Assembly (NCBI RefSeq): GCF_044704955.1
Contig: NC_091999.1
Coordinates: forward strand, 29,698,001-29,762,000
Direction: 5' to 3'
Source of the DNA: Pristiophorus japonicus
Lineage: Eukaryota
Length of the DNA: 64,000 nucleotides
Shown here piece by piece: positions 1 through 11,425 of the stretch; within the stretch, counting starts at the first letter, position 1; every line of letters starts with the position of its first letter. The notes under the pieces were generated by a model. The model was not told the DNA's origin and searched no databases. It saw only the letters and a program-made list of their open reading frames with translations. The translations under genes and the position numbers were made by a program.

Positions 1-1372
1 ATTTCAGTGTTAGGCGGGTTTGGTGATTGTGTAATGAGATTTTTTGCAATGATACATTTGATTCTGCTGAAAGGGTTTATAGAATTACGGATCTGCTCCA
101 TGAAAGGTTCTGTCGAGGGATTCCGCCCCTCAGCGATGTGATTTAGTGTTGATCTGCTGAGGAGAGTTTGTGCCTGTGTTACTCAGAATACCTAGAATTT
201 GTGAAACTGTTTGGCGTTTCTACAATGTTTAATATCGGTGACAGCAGCAGGTTTCTGATCGAATCCAAACACGATATGTATTTTGAAACTGTTTGAAAAC
301 AGTCGGTAGGCAAAGAACAGGACGGGTTTAGACATCAGAAATTATTGAAAGGTATTTTAACATCACAATTATTGAAGTGATAATTATATATTCAACTATT
401 AATCTATGTTGACGATGCTGGTATATTAATATGTGAAATGTAACTAGTTGCCATCTACATAATTAACTTATTCAGGTTGTAGTTGGATTAAATTACTATT
501 AACCAACCGATTATAATGCAATAATATCTCTGAATGTTATTCAAATATGCTATAAGTCCAATGTTCATTTACTTAATATTATTCGCCTTCAAAAATCCTG
601 CTCTACACTGGGCACCATTAAGGGAAGCAGAAACTTTTAGAGGCTGGATACAGTTATTAATTATGCCTGCAATTATTTCATTAACAACATACTGATTCCA
701 CCGCTGTGTTCAGTTTGAGTCGGGAGTTCAATTACTTGCTACCTCCTGTTTACACAGATGAATGACTGAGTGCAATTAATTATAACTTAAAGCTGTGTTG
801 CAAATTCCATTTTGTCAATTTAATCTATCTGCCGGGGTATGACATTCTCACTGTGTAGCAGAAATTTGTTATTGAATCAATATTGTGTGTTGTTTGATAG
901 AATTATCACTAAGTTAATCTTGAACACTTTGCAAGAACAAAAGCTGAGAGACAGGCGTCGCTGGCAGTCAAAGAATTGTTCATGTAATTATATTGAAATT
1001 CAAGGCAGGTTCCGACTGCGTATGGCTGGAGACAGCAAATAATCCATTGAAATTCAAGCAGATTAATTTACTTACAAAAGGTTCATCTCATTTTAAATTT
1101 CAAACAAATTCCTATCTCCCAAAACGCTGCTGTATGCGGAATAGAACGGTAGACAAAGCACAAATCATATCTGAGAGCTATGTTTAATTCGTATTAATAT
1201 TAAATTGATGAACAATGTCTCTCCTCCATTTGCTCATTCAGTTTCAGTGCCCCAGATGGTCTGAATGAATTGTTCTCCTCTAGTTTTACACTGACCATTC
1301 TGGAAACTATTTTCAAGAAGTAGCAGAATATATTTAATCATTAACTTACGGGCATTTTGTGAATAACTGGAG

Positions 1373-1457
1373 TGTTCAGCCATGAACTCATTGAATGGCG
1401 GTGCAGGCGCGAAGGGCCGAATGGCCTACTCCTGCAGCTATTTTCTATGTTTCTATG
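1373..1457 (+). mobile_element. Very short 3'-terminal fragment of a CR1 LINE
   Basis: Nearly identical to the 3' end of the full-length CR1 at ~61316-61400 (TGTTCAGCCATGAACTCATTGAATGGCGGTGCAGG...GGGCCGAATGGCCTACTCCTGCA) and ends in TTTCTATG repeats. Confidence 0.85.
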
Positions 1458-2949
1458 AACGTTAAAAGATTGTCTGTGTTATTAAGTAGCGGAGGCTCTG
1501 CTACTGACTGCAAACTGCAAGGATGGATTTTAATTAATAAAACCATTTTTGGGGTTTAAGATTGAGGAGAATATTTCAGCTCGAGATTCCAGCATTAGTA
1601 AACAAGCGGTTTACAGCCCATCGGAGTTGTGACCCCGGCTGGACAGAGAACTATTTAAATTAGTCCACCCCCAAATCCATCATGTGAAATGTTCTCTGCG
1701 AATAGACGCAGTTTATGCTATATTAGAAAAATGCAGATTTTAAAAAGGTGTCGGTCGAGAGCGGGACAATAGTTGAACTGCGTGATTATTGTCAATTATT
1801 CAAGTTTGATTCCATTTAAGTAAAAATAAGGTATATTTCTGAGTAGTTATGTATTAATATGCTGCTTAATATTTTAATATTGATTAATTGTTATGGTAAG
1901 TTAAGTAAACCATAATATATCACAAGTTATCAGGCAGAAAAGGTTTTAGAATTATTAATAATTACTTGTATTTGTATGGCTGAAATTCAAGCACATTAAT
2001 TTAATTTCAAAAGTTCCAGGTAGGTATGCTTCTGAGGCGGAAGGGCCAGACTGGCACTCAGATTATTTTCAATATTCAGCTAACATGAACATTAAATTAG
2101 AATGTAACATCAGTGCTAATTCATTAAAACATAAGCGAGCCCTTACAATTGTGTTGCATACTGGTCAGTATTACAATTATTGCAAAATTTCATGCGTTGG
2201 AGATAATGTTTAATTCATTCATAAATTAATTTAGAAAACAATGCATTGATAACTCGGCTGTGCTGAGTTCGACAAGGTGTCGCTGCAGATTTTAGTGAAT
2301 TAATTTCCTGTTTTGCCACGATGATTTTACAGGTTATATTTACTGACGAAAACATATAAAATCAGTGGGTGATTAGGTATCACTGGATATGTCTCCTGGA
2401 TTGTGACATTCTTTCTCTGTCACCGAGACCCGTGTGACGGGCAGAAAATTCCCGTGGAATATGAATTATTTGCAGATACTTGCTTTCAGGGAAGTTAATC
2501 TTTACACGGTTTACAAGATAGTTGACAGAGATGGGGAAATGGCTGGATGTTGAAGAGTCTCTCAAATTAATATCAGATTAATTTCAAAGAATCTGCAGCG
2601 TTGAGGTGGTTGGAAATTGACAAGAAATAAACTAGAAATCAAACAGCTTCATTGAAATTAACAGATTGAACTGGTCTCTCTCTGCCTAGAGCACCCTTGT
2701 TGCACCGTTTGTGTCTGTTCTGTTTCTGTGCGCCTGCTCACTGGGTGAGAATCAGGAGTCCTCCTGACGGGTTGTAAACCTTCTGGGTTGTGATCCTGTA
2801 TTGCGGGGAGTGTCACTTAATTTAGTTATTTAAGAAACTGGTATATGTGAGAAACGGGAAAGATTGACTTTAAGGTTGAGGAGTCGCCGTAGAGATGAGA
2901 TCAGTAATCCAGATTGTGACAGTCAGAAGGAGCAGTTCTGAAACACCAC

Positions 2950-3470
2950 GGGGAGACAGTCGAAGGAGCTTTAATCAGTTTCTAACCCGGTTGTACCTGC
3001 CCTGACAGTGTTTGATATGACAGCTTTACTCTGCAACTAACCCGTGCGTTATCTTATCTGGCAATGCTTGATGGGACATTGCAGAGATAGCTTTAATCAG
3101 TCTTTAACCTTTTCTTTACAAGGACGTGGAACTTAATTGGGTCCTTCAATATAGAATGATCTTCTATTTAATCAGAGCTTTGGAGCGGTGGTGCGCTTTA
3201 ATGGGACAGTGTATTGGAAGCTTTTCATTGTACTCGTCATAATTGTGCTTAATTAATCGGTCAATTTGATAACGCATTTTAAGGGAAGACATTTCGTAGC
3301 ACATCTCTGCAGTACTTGAGCTGGGAATGTTTGACGAGATAGTATAGATAACATATTACTCTGTGTGCAACACTTGCTATACCTGTCCTGACCCACACGG
3401 CAGCATAGCGGGAGCTTTGCTCTCTTATCCGTGCTGTATCTGACCTGAGAGTGCTTGGTCAGGCAGTGTT
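2950..3470 (+). repeat. Degenerate tandem repeat, roughly 65-bp unit
   Basis: Recurrent GGGACAGTGT..GGAGCTTTA.TC.G...CTAACCCG..CTGTACCTG.CCTG..AGTGTTTGA motif; copies are highly diverged. Confidence 0.55.
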
Positions 3471-4189
3471 CTAGGCATCGTTATCTGCGACGAACAGATA
3501 GCAGATAAACTGCTCGTGCCAGATATATACAATAATTCGTCCCATTGCCCAGATTAAAAAGCGCACATTCTTTGATGTTTATATTCTTTCTGAAAAAATG
3601 CCCAATTTTTAATGAGTTATTAATGTTTGAACATTTTGAGCATCAGATTACTAATGAACATGATTGGCCTGATCTTCAGCTCACTTTCAGAACAAACAGG
3701 TTCAGGAAGTGAATAACGCTCCAGAAAGCAGCGCCTGTTCTGATCTGATGGGAGGTTACAAGTTATTTCCACAATTAAAATAGAGAATATCGAGACTCCC
3801 ACTTCAAATAACCGTCATGGGGACCTCATGTTTAGAAAAATTATGTTGTCCAATTCTTCCTGAGAAGGTTAAAGGCAGGGACAAACTGTGACGAGATGCA
3901 GCTATTGGCCTGGGTCACAACACAAGGCACACAGTCACTGAGCTGCAATTCTGTGAAACATTTAAAGAGAGAGAGTCAACCTGCAATAAGTCATCATTCG
4001 CAATGAATTTAAGCCTTTCTAACAGCATGTGATTGACTAAGTTGCGTCAGATTTATAAGATCCCTTTATTTTAAATATCCTCTTTTATTATAACGAACAA
4101 TAAAAATAGATCTGGTATAGGTGTCCAAAATATGAAGTGTTTCCTTCCATGAAATCTAGAAGAACTGTTCCCACTCACTCGTGTAGACT

Positions 4190-5110
4190 GATAGCATCTC
4201 ACAGCATTGGAAGAGGCCATTCAGGCATCGTGCCTGTGCCGGCTCTGAAAGGCTGTCCAATTTAGTCCAACTCCCCAGAGTTTACATTGTAAACGTGCAA
4301 ATGAGTCCTCCTGACGTACTGGAGATACTGCCTTGTGCATTCCTGAAATTACCAACCCTCTGTGTGAAAAAAACACCTTAATTTCACCTTCTGATCTTTT
4401 CACAATTATTTTAAAACGGCGACATTTGGTTACCCACCTACTTTCCAGCGGAACAATTTCTCCCGACTTGGTATATCAAAACCTGACATAATGTTGAATA
4501 TCTCTCTTAGGTCTCCTCTTAACCTCTGCTCTAAGGAGAATATTCTAGCTTCTCCAATCTCTCCACATAACTGAAGACCCCATCCCTGGCATCATCCAGG
4601 TAAAAGTCTCCCCTCTACGCTCCCCAAGTGCTTGACATCCTTCCTACATTGTGGTGACAAAATTGTACGCAATAGTCCAGCTGAGGCCTAACACGTGATC
4701 TGTAAGCTTAGCATAACCGCCTTGTTTTTGTAGTCAATGCCCCATTTACAAAGTCAAGTATCCCATACGCTTTCCTAACAGCCTTACCAGTTTGCCCTGC
4801 CCTCTTCAAAGATTTGTGAATATGTACATCCAGATCTCTCTATTCGTGCATCCCCTCAAAACAATACTATTTAGATAATACTGCCTCTCCAACTTCCACC
4901 CAATGTGCATCGCTTCTCAATGATTCGCATTTAATTGCAATTGCCATGTCCCAGCCTATTTCACTGGTCCATCTGTCTCCTCATGGAGTCTGCTGCTATC
5001 ATGCTCACTATTGGCTGCGTTGCCAGGTTTTGTATCATTTTTGAACTTCGAAATTGTATTCCCTGTAACCAATTCCATGTCATTGTTATATAACAAGAAC
5101 AACAATGGGA
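4190..5110 (-). mobile_element. Old degenerate CR1 LINE 3' portion
   Basis: Reverse complement resembles the CR1 ORF2 C-terminal region and 3' UTR (GGCCATTCAG.., ACCACCCTCTGTGTGAAAA-like, CAATAGTCCAGCTGAGGCCTAAC); no open ORF. Confidence 0.6.
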
Positions 5111-5863
5111 ATTGAAACGGGCCATTTAAGAAGTAAACTTCAAATTAAGCGGATTTTGGAATGGTATTTTATTCGGATTATTAATTGAGTGGCAGGAAGC
5201 AGGCTACTCAAGAGACATGCATATAATTGGATGGAATAGAGCTCAGATCACAGTGCGCTGAAGGACATCGCTCTCACTCAAATGCTGAGAAAATAAGGAA
5301 GACATTCGACTCAATCACGGTTCATTTACAACTTGCATCTTAGAAACTAGACTATGGAAATGCTACCTGTTGAATTATGTGGTAGGCAAGTTTGGAGGGT
5401 ATTTTGCTAACGTCCTAAGCAGGAATTCCGCTGCTCCTTTGAAGTGCAGTCACTGTTGTTTTGTAGGGATACACCACAGGCAATGTGCACAGAGCAAATT
5501 TCCCCAAACTGCAATTAAATAAAGGACAAGAAATGGTGCTCATTGAGAAATAAATGCAGGCCGAAATAACAGGAACACGTCTCTGTTCTGCTATTGCATG
5601 ATCCAATGAAGGCTTCTTTATTGACGAGTTGTGTAAAGGTTCTTGTTGTGTAATGTGATAGAGCTCGGTGATAGAGTAGTGCGTTCCTGACCAGCGCCTT
5701 GACAGGTGCTTACGATAGAACTGACAAAGCTCAAATGCCCGTGTCGCCTTTGATGGAGAAATGGTGGAATTAGTTTATTCTGCAGTCAAATTTCGATTTG
5801 TTTATTTCTTTTATAAGCACGGATTACAGAGTCTAACTTGTTCAATGGGCCATTCCTTCCCAG

Positions 5864-6162
5864 TAACACCGTCTCCCCCATCCTCTGCGCCCTGCTCTCC
5901 TCCTGTGAACAACCCAGCACCGATGGCTCCATCACGTAGGGCTGTTTGGTGATGGGCGACTCCCGTGACATCATCAGCCTTTTCTGGGAGGAAGATAAAG
6001 AGCCGACCACCACTGGATTGAAGACCTACCCGTCATTGCTCAAAAAGAATTGAACGAACACCCTGAGCAGCCAGTTAACCATCACCGAGTCCGAGGTGGG
6101 GAGCAGCACAATCTGCTGCGAAGTTCGACGTGGTGGGTCGCTGTGGAACATCACAATGTCAG
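5864..6162 (+). pseudogene. IGHM: IgM heavy chain constant exon CH1 (shark type), disabled
   Basis: AG acceptor at 5862-63 and GT donor at 6163-64. Translation TPSPP/LCALLSSCEQPSTDGSIT*GCLVM...[47 protein letters not shown] matches shark mu CH1 as recalled ([42 protein letters not shown]). Frameshift near 5880; TAG at 5937; TGA at 6051. Confidence 0.92.
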
Positions 6163-6229
6163 GTTAATGATGTGGGATACAGGGCAAACTGTGATAAGGT
6201 GAGAAGTTATGTTCAATTTGTATCGAAAC

Positions 6230-6535
6230 TTGGTTAGACAATACTTAGAGTACTGTGCATAGTTCTGGTCTCCATATAATACTTAGAATACTGTGCACAG
6301 TTCTAGTTTCCTTATCACATTTAGGATCCTGTTTACAATTCTGGTTTCCATCTCATACTTAGAATACTGTGTAAAGTTCTGTTCTCCATATCATACTTAG
6401 AATAATATGCACAGCTCTGCTCTCCATATCACACTTAGAATACTGTGCATGGTTCTGGTCCCCATATCGCACTTACAATATTATGCACAGTTCTGGTCTG
6501 CATATTACACTGAGTATACTGCGCACAATTTTGCT
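6230..6535 (+). repeat. 38-bp minisatellite (about 8 copies) derived from CR1 ORF2 sequence
   Basis: CTTAGAATACTGTGCACAGTTCTGGTCTCCATATCACA-type unit at 6245, 6282, 6320, 6358, 6396, 6434, 6472 and 6510. The first unit reads LVRQYLEYCA*FWSPY, compared with CR1 LVRPHLEYCVQFWSP at ~60826-60870. Confidence 0.85.
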
Positions 6536-6654
6536 CTCTGCAAATGCCAGGTTAGTGTGGATCTGACAGCAAAGAACTTGTTAAAATATAAGGACACTTT
6601 GCCTTTCTTAATCATTTATTTTGCAAGCAATGTCAATAAAATGCCTTCTCGTGA

Positions 6655-6974
6655 ACGTCCTGAACGGATCATCGTTCCTCCAATTGTTCTTATCTTGCTA
6701 AGCTCCACTGAACAAATCATCTGCAGCAGATATGCAAGCGCCATGTGTTCAATCATCGAATTAAGGCCAAAGTCACTGACCGTGAATTGGCTGAAGAGTG
6801 GACAACTCCTGGATTCGGGCTTCATCACCTCTCCCGCCTATTAGATGAACGGAAACGTTTTGACGGCCAGTCGTCTGACACTCCCCGACAGGGAATGGTT
6901 CACCGGCTCGGTCTACACCTGCCAGGTCACTCATGAAAGGGGCACACAAAGCCGTAACTTCAGCAGATCTCAGG
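6655..6974 (+). pseudogene. IGHM: IgM CH2 exon, disabled
   Basis: [98 protein letters not shown]. In-frame TAG at 6842-44; GTAAG donor at 6975. No AG acceptor at the expected position, so the start is approximate. Confidence 0.9.
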
Positions 6975-7189
6975 GTAAGAGGCACAATCCAGGGAGGTTC
7001 CAGACCATTCTGAGCGCTGATCTCAGTCAGAACTTTGATTGAAATTAGTAGAAAGCAGAAGAATATTCCTAATTCCCAATCATGCAGTTTGTGTATTCTT
7101 GTGATAAAATTTTGCCTTTATACAGCGTCTTCAGCGACCACAGACTGAACCAAAGCGCTTGCCAGGCAATGAATTAAGTTGTGAAATGT

Positions 7190-7535
7190 GGTCACATTTG
7201 TAATGTACAAAGTGCGGCAGTCATTTAGTGCTCAACAAGCTCCCACAAACAGCAGTGTGATAACGACCATTTTTTTTCTTTAGTGTTATTTCTTGAGGGA
7301 TTAATATTCCCAGGCCACCAGGGAGACCTCCTCTGCTTTTCATTGAAATAATTCCAGGGGAACTTTTACCTCCACCTGAGAGGCTAGACGGATTCTTGGT
7401 TTAACACATGATCCGAAATACGGCACCTCCGAAAATGCACCACGCCACCAGTACTGCACTGAGAGACTCAGCTTACATATTGTGATCAAATATCTGGAGT
7501 GGGACTTCAACCCACGATCTTTTGGTTCAGGATTC
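7190..7535 (-). mobile_element. tRNA-headed Deu-domain-type SINE (SacSINE1-like)
   Basis: B-box-like GTGGGACTTCAACCCAC near 7498-7515 and Deu-domain-like core (CCACCTGAGAGG..AGACGG...GGTTTAAC...ATCCGAAA.ACGGCACCTCCGA) on the reverse strand; family name is from memory. Confidence 0.65.
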
Positions 7536-7719
7536 CTCATTGCTCAGGATTTATTAACCTCGCAAAAGAAGCTTTCCCTTGCTCTGGTGTCAGGCAGTGA
7601 GTGAAGTGTCATTAGTCTCAGGTATATCCTGAGTTAGCTGATCATATACGGAATGGCAATAGGAGTCCGGAATCCTTCACTGCTAACTGTCCAGGAACCC
7701 ACTGCAAGAATGGGCATCT

Positions 7720-8240
7720 ACCCTATTCAGAGTACTGAGCCGAATTCTGGGCTCCGCACCTGAGGAAGGATATACGTGGAGGTGCTAAACTGCAGGTTTA
7801 CCCGAATTATACCGGGGCTAATAATGTAAAATGATCAGGTGGTGAGAATAGAACGTTAAGAGATGGTCCAATTGACGTGTTTAAGTTGATAAATGGAATT
7901 GTATCGACTAGATATAGAAACATTTATTTAGTTTGATGGGAGAGTCCAGAACAAGCAGCAGAACCTTAACATTAGAGTTAGGCCGTGCAGAGGTGATGTC
8001 AGAAAGGATTTTCTAACAGGAAGAATAGTGCAAGTCTGGATTTCCCTCCCCAAAAGCTGCTGAAACTTGCTTTCAATTGAAAAGTTGAAAACTGAAATTG
8101 ATAGATTTTTGTTCGGCAAGGTTATCATGGGTTACATAACCAAGGCGTGAAGATGGTGTTGAGTGTTGATCAGCCATGATCTAACTGGATGGCGGGACAG
8201 GATGGATGGGCTGAATGTCCTTCTCCTGTTCCTATGTTGC
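7720..8240 (+). mobile_element. Degenerate CR1 LINE 3' fragment
   Basis: GAGTACTG...TTCTGGGCTCCGCACCTGAGGAAGGATATA (EYC..FWAPHLRKDI) followed by a CR1 3' UTR (GATCAGCCATGATCT...GGGCTGAATG.CCT.CTCCTGTTCCTATGTT). Confidence 0.75.
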
Positions 8241-8945
8241 TATTAATGCCCGGATGTCATAGTGCTTTCTGAATCTCTCTCACCAGACATGATAAATGTT
8301 CAGTAATTACAGATATTAACAAACTACCTCACATCATTACAAATGATGCCCCACCACAAAAGATTCCTTGCAACTCCATTCTCCGGACCTTGCACTTCTC
8401 CTCTGACGGGGGATGTGACTGGTTCCTGCACATTTTCATCGCAACAAAAATAGCAGCAAAAGACTAGAAACTTAACTTTGTTTCCTGTTGTCCCATAAAT
8501 CCTGAAATTAATTTGACACTGGTTTTGAACCAGTATAATGCTGGTGTAGACCTCTTGAACTTGGGGATATTCGGGCTTCAGCTATTATAACCAGTGGAGA
8601 TGCACTTGGGTGCAAGAATCTATAGACAGGCGTAAAGGAGCAAGGGATTTCAGGAAGAGCGCTATTCAGTGCCTATCACAATTGCGTCCCAATGTATTCC
8701 CATTTTACGCCAGGTATTTGCTTCACAGCCCATTACAGGTGGCTCTGGCTCAAATACACAGGAAATATTACAGACCTCCCGGAATCGTTGCCAATTCATT
8801 GTCCTTCCATAACGACGGTGTTCAAGCAATAGCGAGAGGTTGATATCTCAAAAGTGAGTTATTCCCCTTGAAAGAGTTAAGGCTAATTATTGGTGTCCTG
8901 ATTCTGAAGATGCGGCTTTTCCTGACTTTCATTCCTGTTTCGCAG

Positions 8946-9253
8946 TGGATGTCCCATGCAGCGATTAAAAATCACTCTTCGCCCACCGTCACTGGAACAG
9001 GTTTTACTGGAGGCGACGGTGACCTTAACGTGCGTTGTGTCTGACGCTCCTTATGGGCTCACCGTGACCTGGACCCGAAAAAACGAGACTTTGAAATCAG
9101 AGATTGCCGTCCAACACGGAGAGGATCCCAACAGTGTGATCAGCAACTTAAACATCTCGACACAAGAGTGGCTGAGTGGGGATAAGTTCTACTGCGTGGT
9201 GAGCCATCAGGATATGCCGACTCCTCTCAGAGATTCCATCCACAAGGAAAAGG
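8946..9253 (+). pseudogene. IGHM: IgM CH3 exon (open frame, canonical splice sites) of the pseudogene
   Basis: CAG acceptor ends at 8945 and GTGAG donor starts at 9254. [35 protein letters not shown]...[12 protein letters not shown]...[34 protein letters not shown] matches shark mu CH3. Confidence 0.93.
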
Positions 9254-10170
9254 GTGAGCGGGGAGATTGTTGCAATAAGTGATACACTGCGACAATTTCG
9301 ATGCGTGTGCAAGGGCCAATTGATGATATAAAGTGTTTAATGGCTACTCTGATCATTCAGGTTTGTAATTCCACCAACTCAGCACTCTGGGACCTGACAT
9401 TGTGTATTTTAGGGGAAACTGGATAAGTCCATGAGCGAGAAAGAAATAGAAGGGTATATTATTAGGTTTAGATGAAGTGGGCTCGCAGGAGGCTTGTGTG
9501 GATCATAAACACCGGCATAGACCAGTTAGCCAAATCTCCTCGTTCTGTGCATTAAATTCTTTGTCATTTTCCAGTCCAATGCTTCAAGATTTCAGAGAGA
9601 AAGAATACGTTCCCTGGGATAAGGGATGAAAAACCAGAGAGGCAACAGAGGGGAAAAGGAAAAGTGTTAAAATTCAATGCAGTGTCCATTTCTCTCACAT
9701 CTAACCACCGGAAATTGGCTGAATTTAAATGAGGAAGGCGAGTTGTGGGCGTTGGTCTCACAGGCCACCAGTGAAAACGGGAGGATTGGAAGCCGAGTGA
9801 GGAGGTCGCGGATCGCGGGGGGTGGGTTAGGCAGGGACCCTGGATCCAGGAGGTAGGTTTAAGGGCAATTACCACCTGGGAGCAGCAATCCCCACCTTGC
9901 TGTAACTGCTGAGATTTACACAGTGTGTCAAACCGGACCAGCGACTGTTAAACACCAAATGGTGGTTAAAATAGAGGATTCAATTCTCATTTAAATATAT
10001 TACTCAAATATAATATTACAACTGGAAATAGGCGAGTTGAGGTAGGGATTCAAATTTTTACCAATTTAACAACCTCCACGCCCAAAATCCGCCCGCTATA
10101 TTGGGTTGAAATTCCCCCATTGTCTCTGGAACTATCCAGTTCATTGGCCTTTGTTGTAACTGTTCTACAG

Positions 10171-10530
10171 CGAAAGATCCGCGGGAACCAGCCGTGTCTG
10201 TCCTCCTGCCCTCAGCAGAAGTCTCTGCTCAGAGGTTGGTCAGCCTCACCTGCTTAGTGAGAGGTTCTCCCCCCGAAAAATCTTCGTCAAAAAGACCGTC
10301 AATAACAAACTGGTGGATTACGGTCACTACAAGAACACCGAGGTGATGGCGGAGAACGGCGGCAGCTCCTTCTTCATGTGCAGCCTGCTATCCATTGCAG
10401 CCGAGGAGTGGGCCAGAGGCGCCTCTCACACCTGTGTGGTGGGACATGAAGCGATCCCATTGATAATCACCAACAGAACCGTCAATAAATCCAGTGGTAA
10501 AGCATTTCCCTTGTTCTGATGGACACCTTC
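10171..10530 (+). pseudogene. IGHM: IgM CH4 exon plus 5' part of the secretory tailpiece, disabled
   Basis: CAG acceptor ends at 10170. [31 protein letters not shown], frameshift near 10265, conserved Trp lost, then [58 protein letters not shown]. Internal GGTAA donor for TM splicing near 10496. After a short deletion the tailpiece reads ISLVLMDTF and is cut by CR1. Confidence 0.92.
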
Positions 10531-11217
10531 ATAAGAACATAAGAACATAAGAATTAGGAACAGGAGTAGGCCATCTAGCCTCTCGAGCCTGCTCCGCCAT
10601 TCAACAAGATCATGGCTGATCTGGCCGTGGACTCAGCTCCACTTACCCGCCCGCTCCCCATAACCCTTAATTCACTTATTGTTTAAAAATCTATCTTTCT
10701 GTGAATTGAATACATTCAATGAGCTATCCTCAATTCCTTCCCTTTGCAGATAATTCCACAGATTCACAACTCTGTGGGAGAAGAAATACCTTCTCAACTC
10801 GGTTTTAAATTGGCTCCCCTGAGGCTGTGCCCTCTAGTTCTAGTCTCCCCGAGCAGTGGAAACAACCTCTCTGCTCTATCTTGTCTATGCCTTTCATTGT
10901 TTCAAATGTTTCTATCGATCACCCCTCATCCTTCTGAACTCCAACGAGTAAAGACCCACTCTACTCAATCTATCATCATAAGGTAACCCTCTCATCTCCT
11001 GAATCAGCCTCGTAAATCGTCTCTGTACCCCCTCCAAAGCTAGTATATCCTTCCTTAAGTAAGGTTACCAAAACTGCACGCAGTACTCCAGGTGCGGCCT
11101 CACCAATACCCTATACAGTTGCAGAAGGACCTCCCTGCTTTTGTACTCCATCTCTCTGGCAATGAAGGCCAACATTCCATTCGCCTTGCTGATTACCTGT
11201 TGCACCTGCAAACTAAC
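10530..11217 (-). mobile_element. Host CR1 LINE, 3' segment (antisense, inserted in the IgM tailpiece)
   Basis: Starts with (CATAAGAA)n, the reverse complement of the CR1 3' microsatellite tail. Reverse translation near 11217 gives VSLQVQQVISKANGMLAFIARE...LLQLYRVLVRPHLEYCVQFW. Confidence 0.92.
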
Positions 11218-11218
11218 A

Positions 11219-11407
11219 TTAATTGCCGGTGCTTTTAGTGTCCCCCTCCCCTTTTATAGGGGGCACTTGGAGAAAAAATATGTTTTTTGCCCAAAAAAAA
11301 CCCCCAAAAAATACCACCAAAAATAAAAGGGCCTGTAAATGTTTGGTGTTTCCCCCAGATCGGGGGGGGGGTACGGTTTAATGTTTTTTGTTTACTCCCA
11401 AAAAGAG
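11219..11407 (+). mobile_element. Tx1-clade element, 3'-UTR-only fragment (unit 0 of the array)
   Basis: TTAATTGCCGGTGCTTTTAGTGTCCCCC...TTTACTCC.AAAAGAG matches the last ~160-190 bp of each full copy (18319-18475, 25459-25631, 32633-32786). Confidence 0.9.
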
Positions 11408-11425
11408 TTTCATGCACAAGGACCA
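11408..11425 (+). repeat. Junction repeat / putative target-site duplication copy 1 (TTTCATGCACAAGGACCA)
   Basis: The same motif recurs at 18476-18492, 25632-25649 and 32787-32804. The last copy is continuous with the host CR1 ORF2 and reads VLVHE on the minus strand. Confidence 0.88.

Noticed and set aside
2950-3470. Class-switch (S) region upstream of C-mu
   Set aside because: A short, degenerate ~65-bp repeat that is not AGCT-dense or G-rich; cartilaginous fish lack canonical S regions.
5420-5640. Possible second, highly decayed Deu-type SINE
   Set aside because: Only patchy similarity to 7190-7535; too weak to call by eye.
5864-10530. IgW or IgNAR assignment
   Set aside because: Four CH exons with distinctive shark mu motifs and a mu-type secretory tail ending in SCQ.
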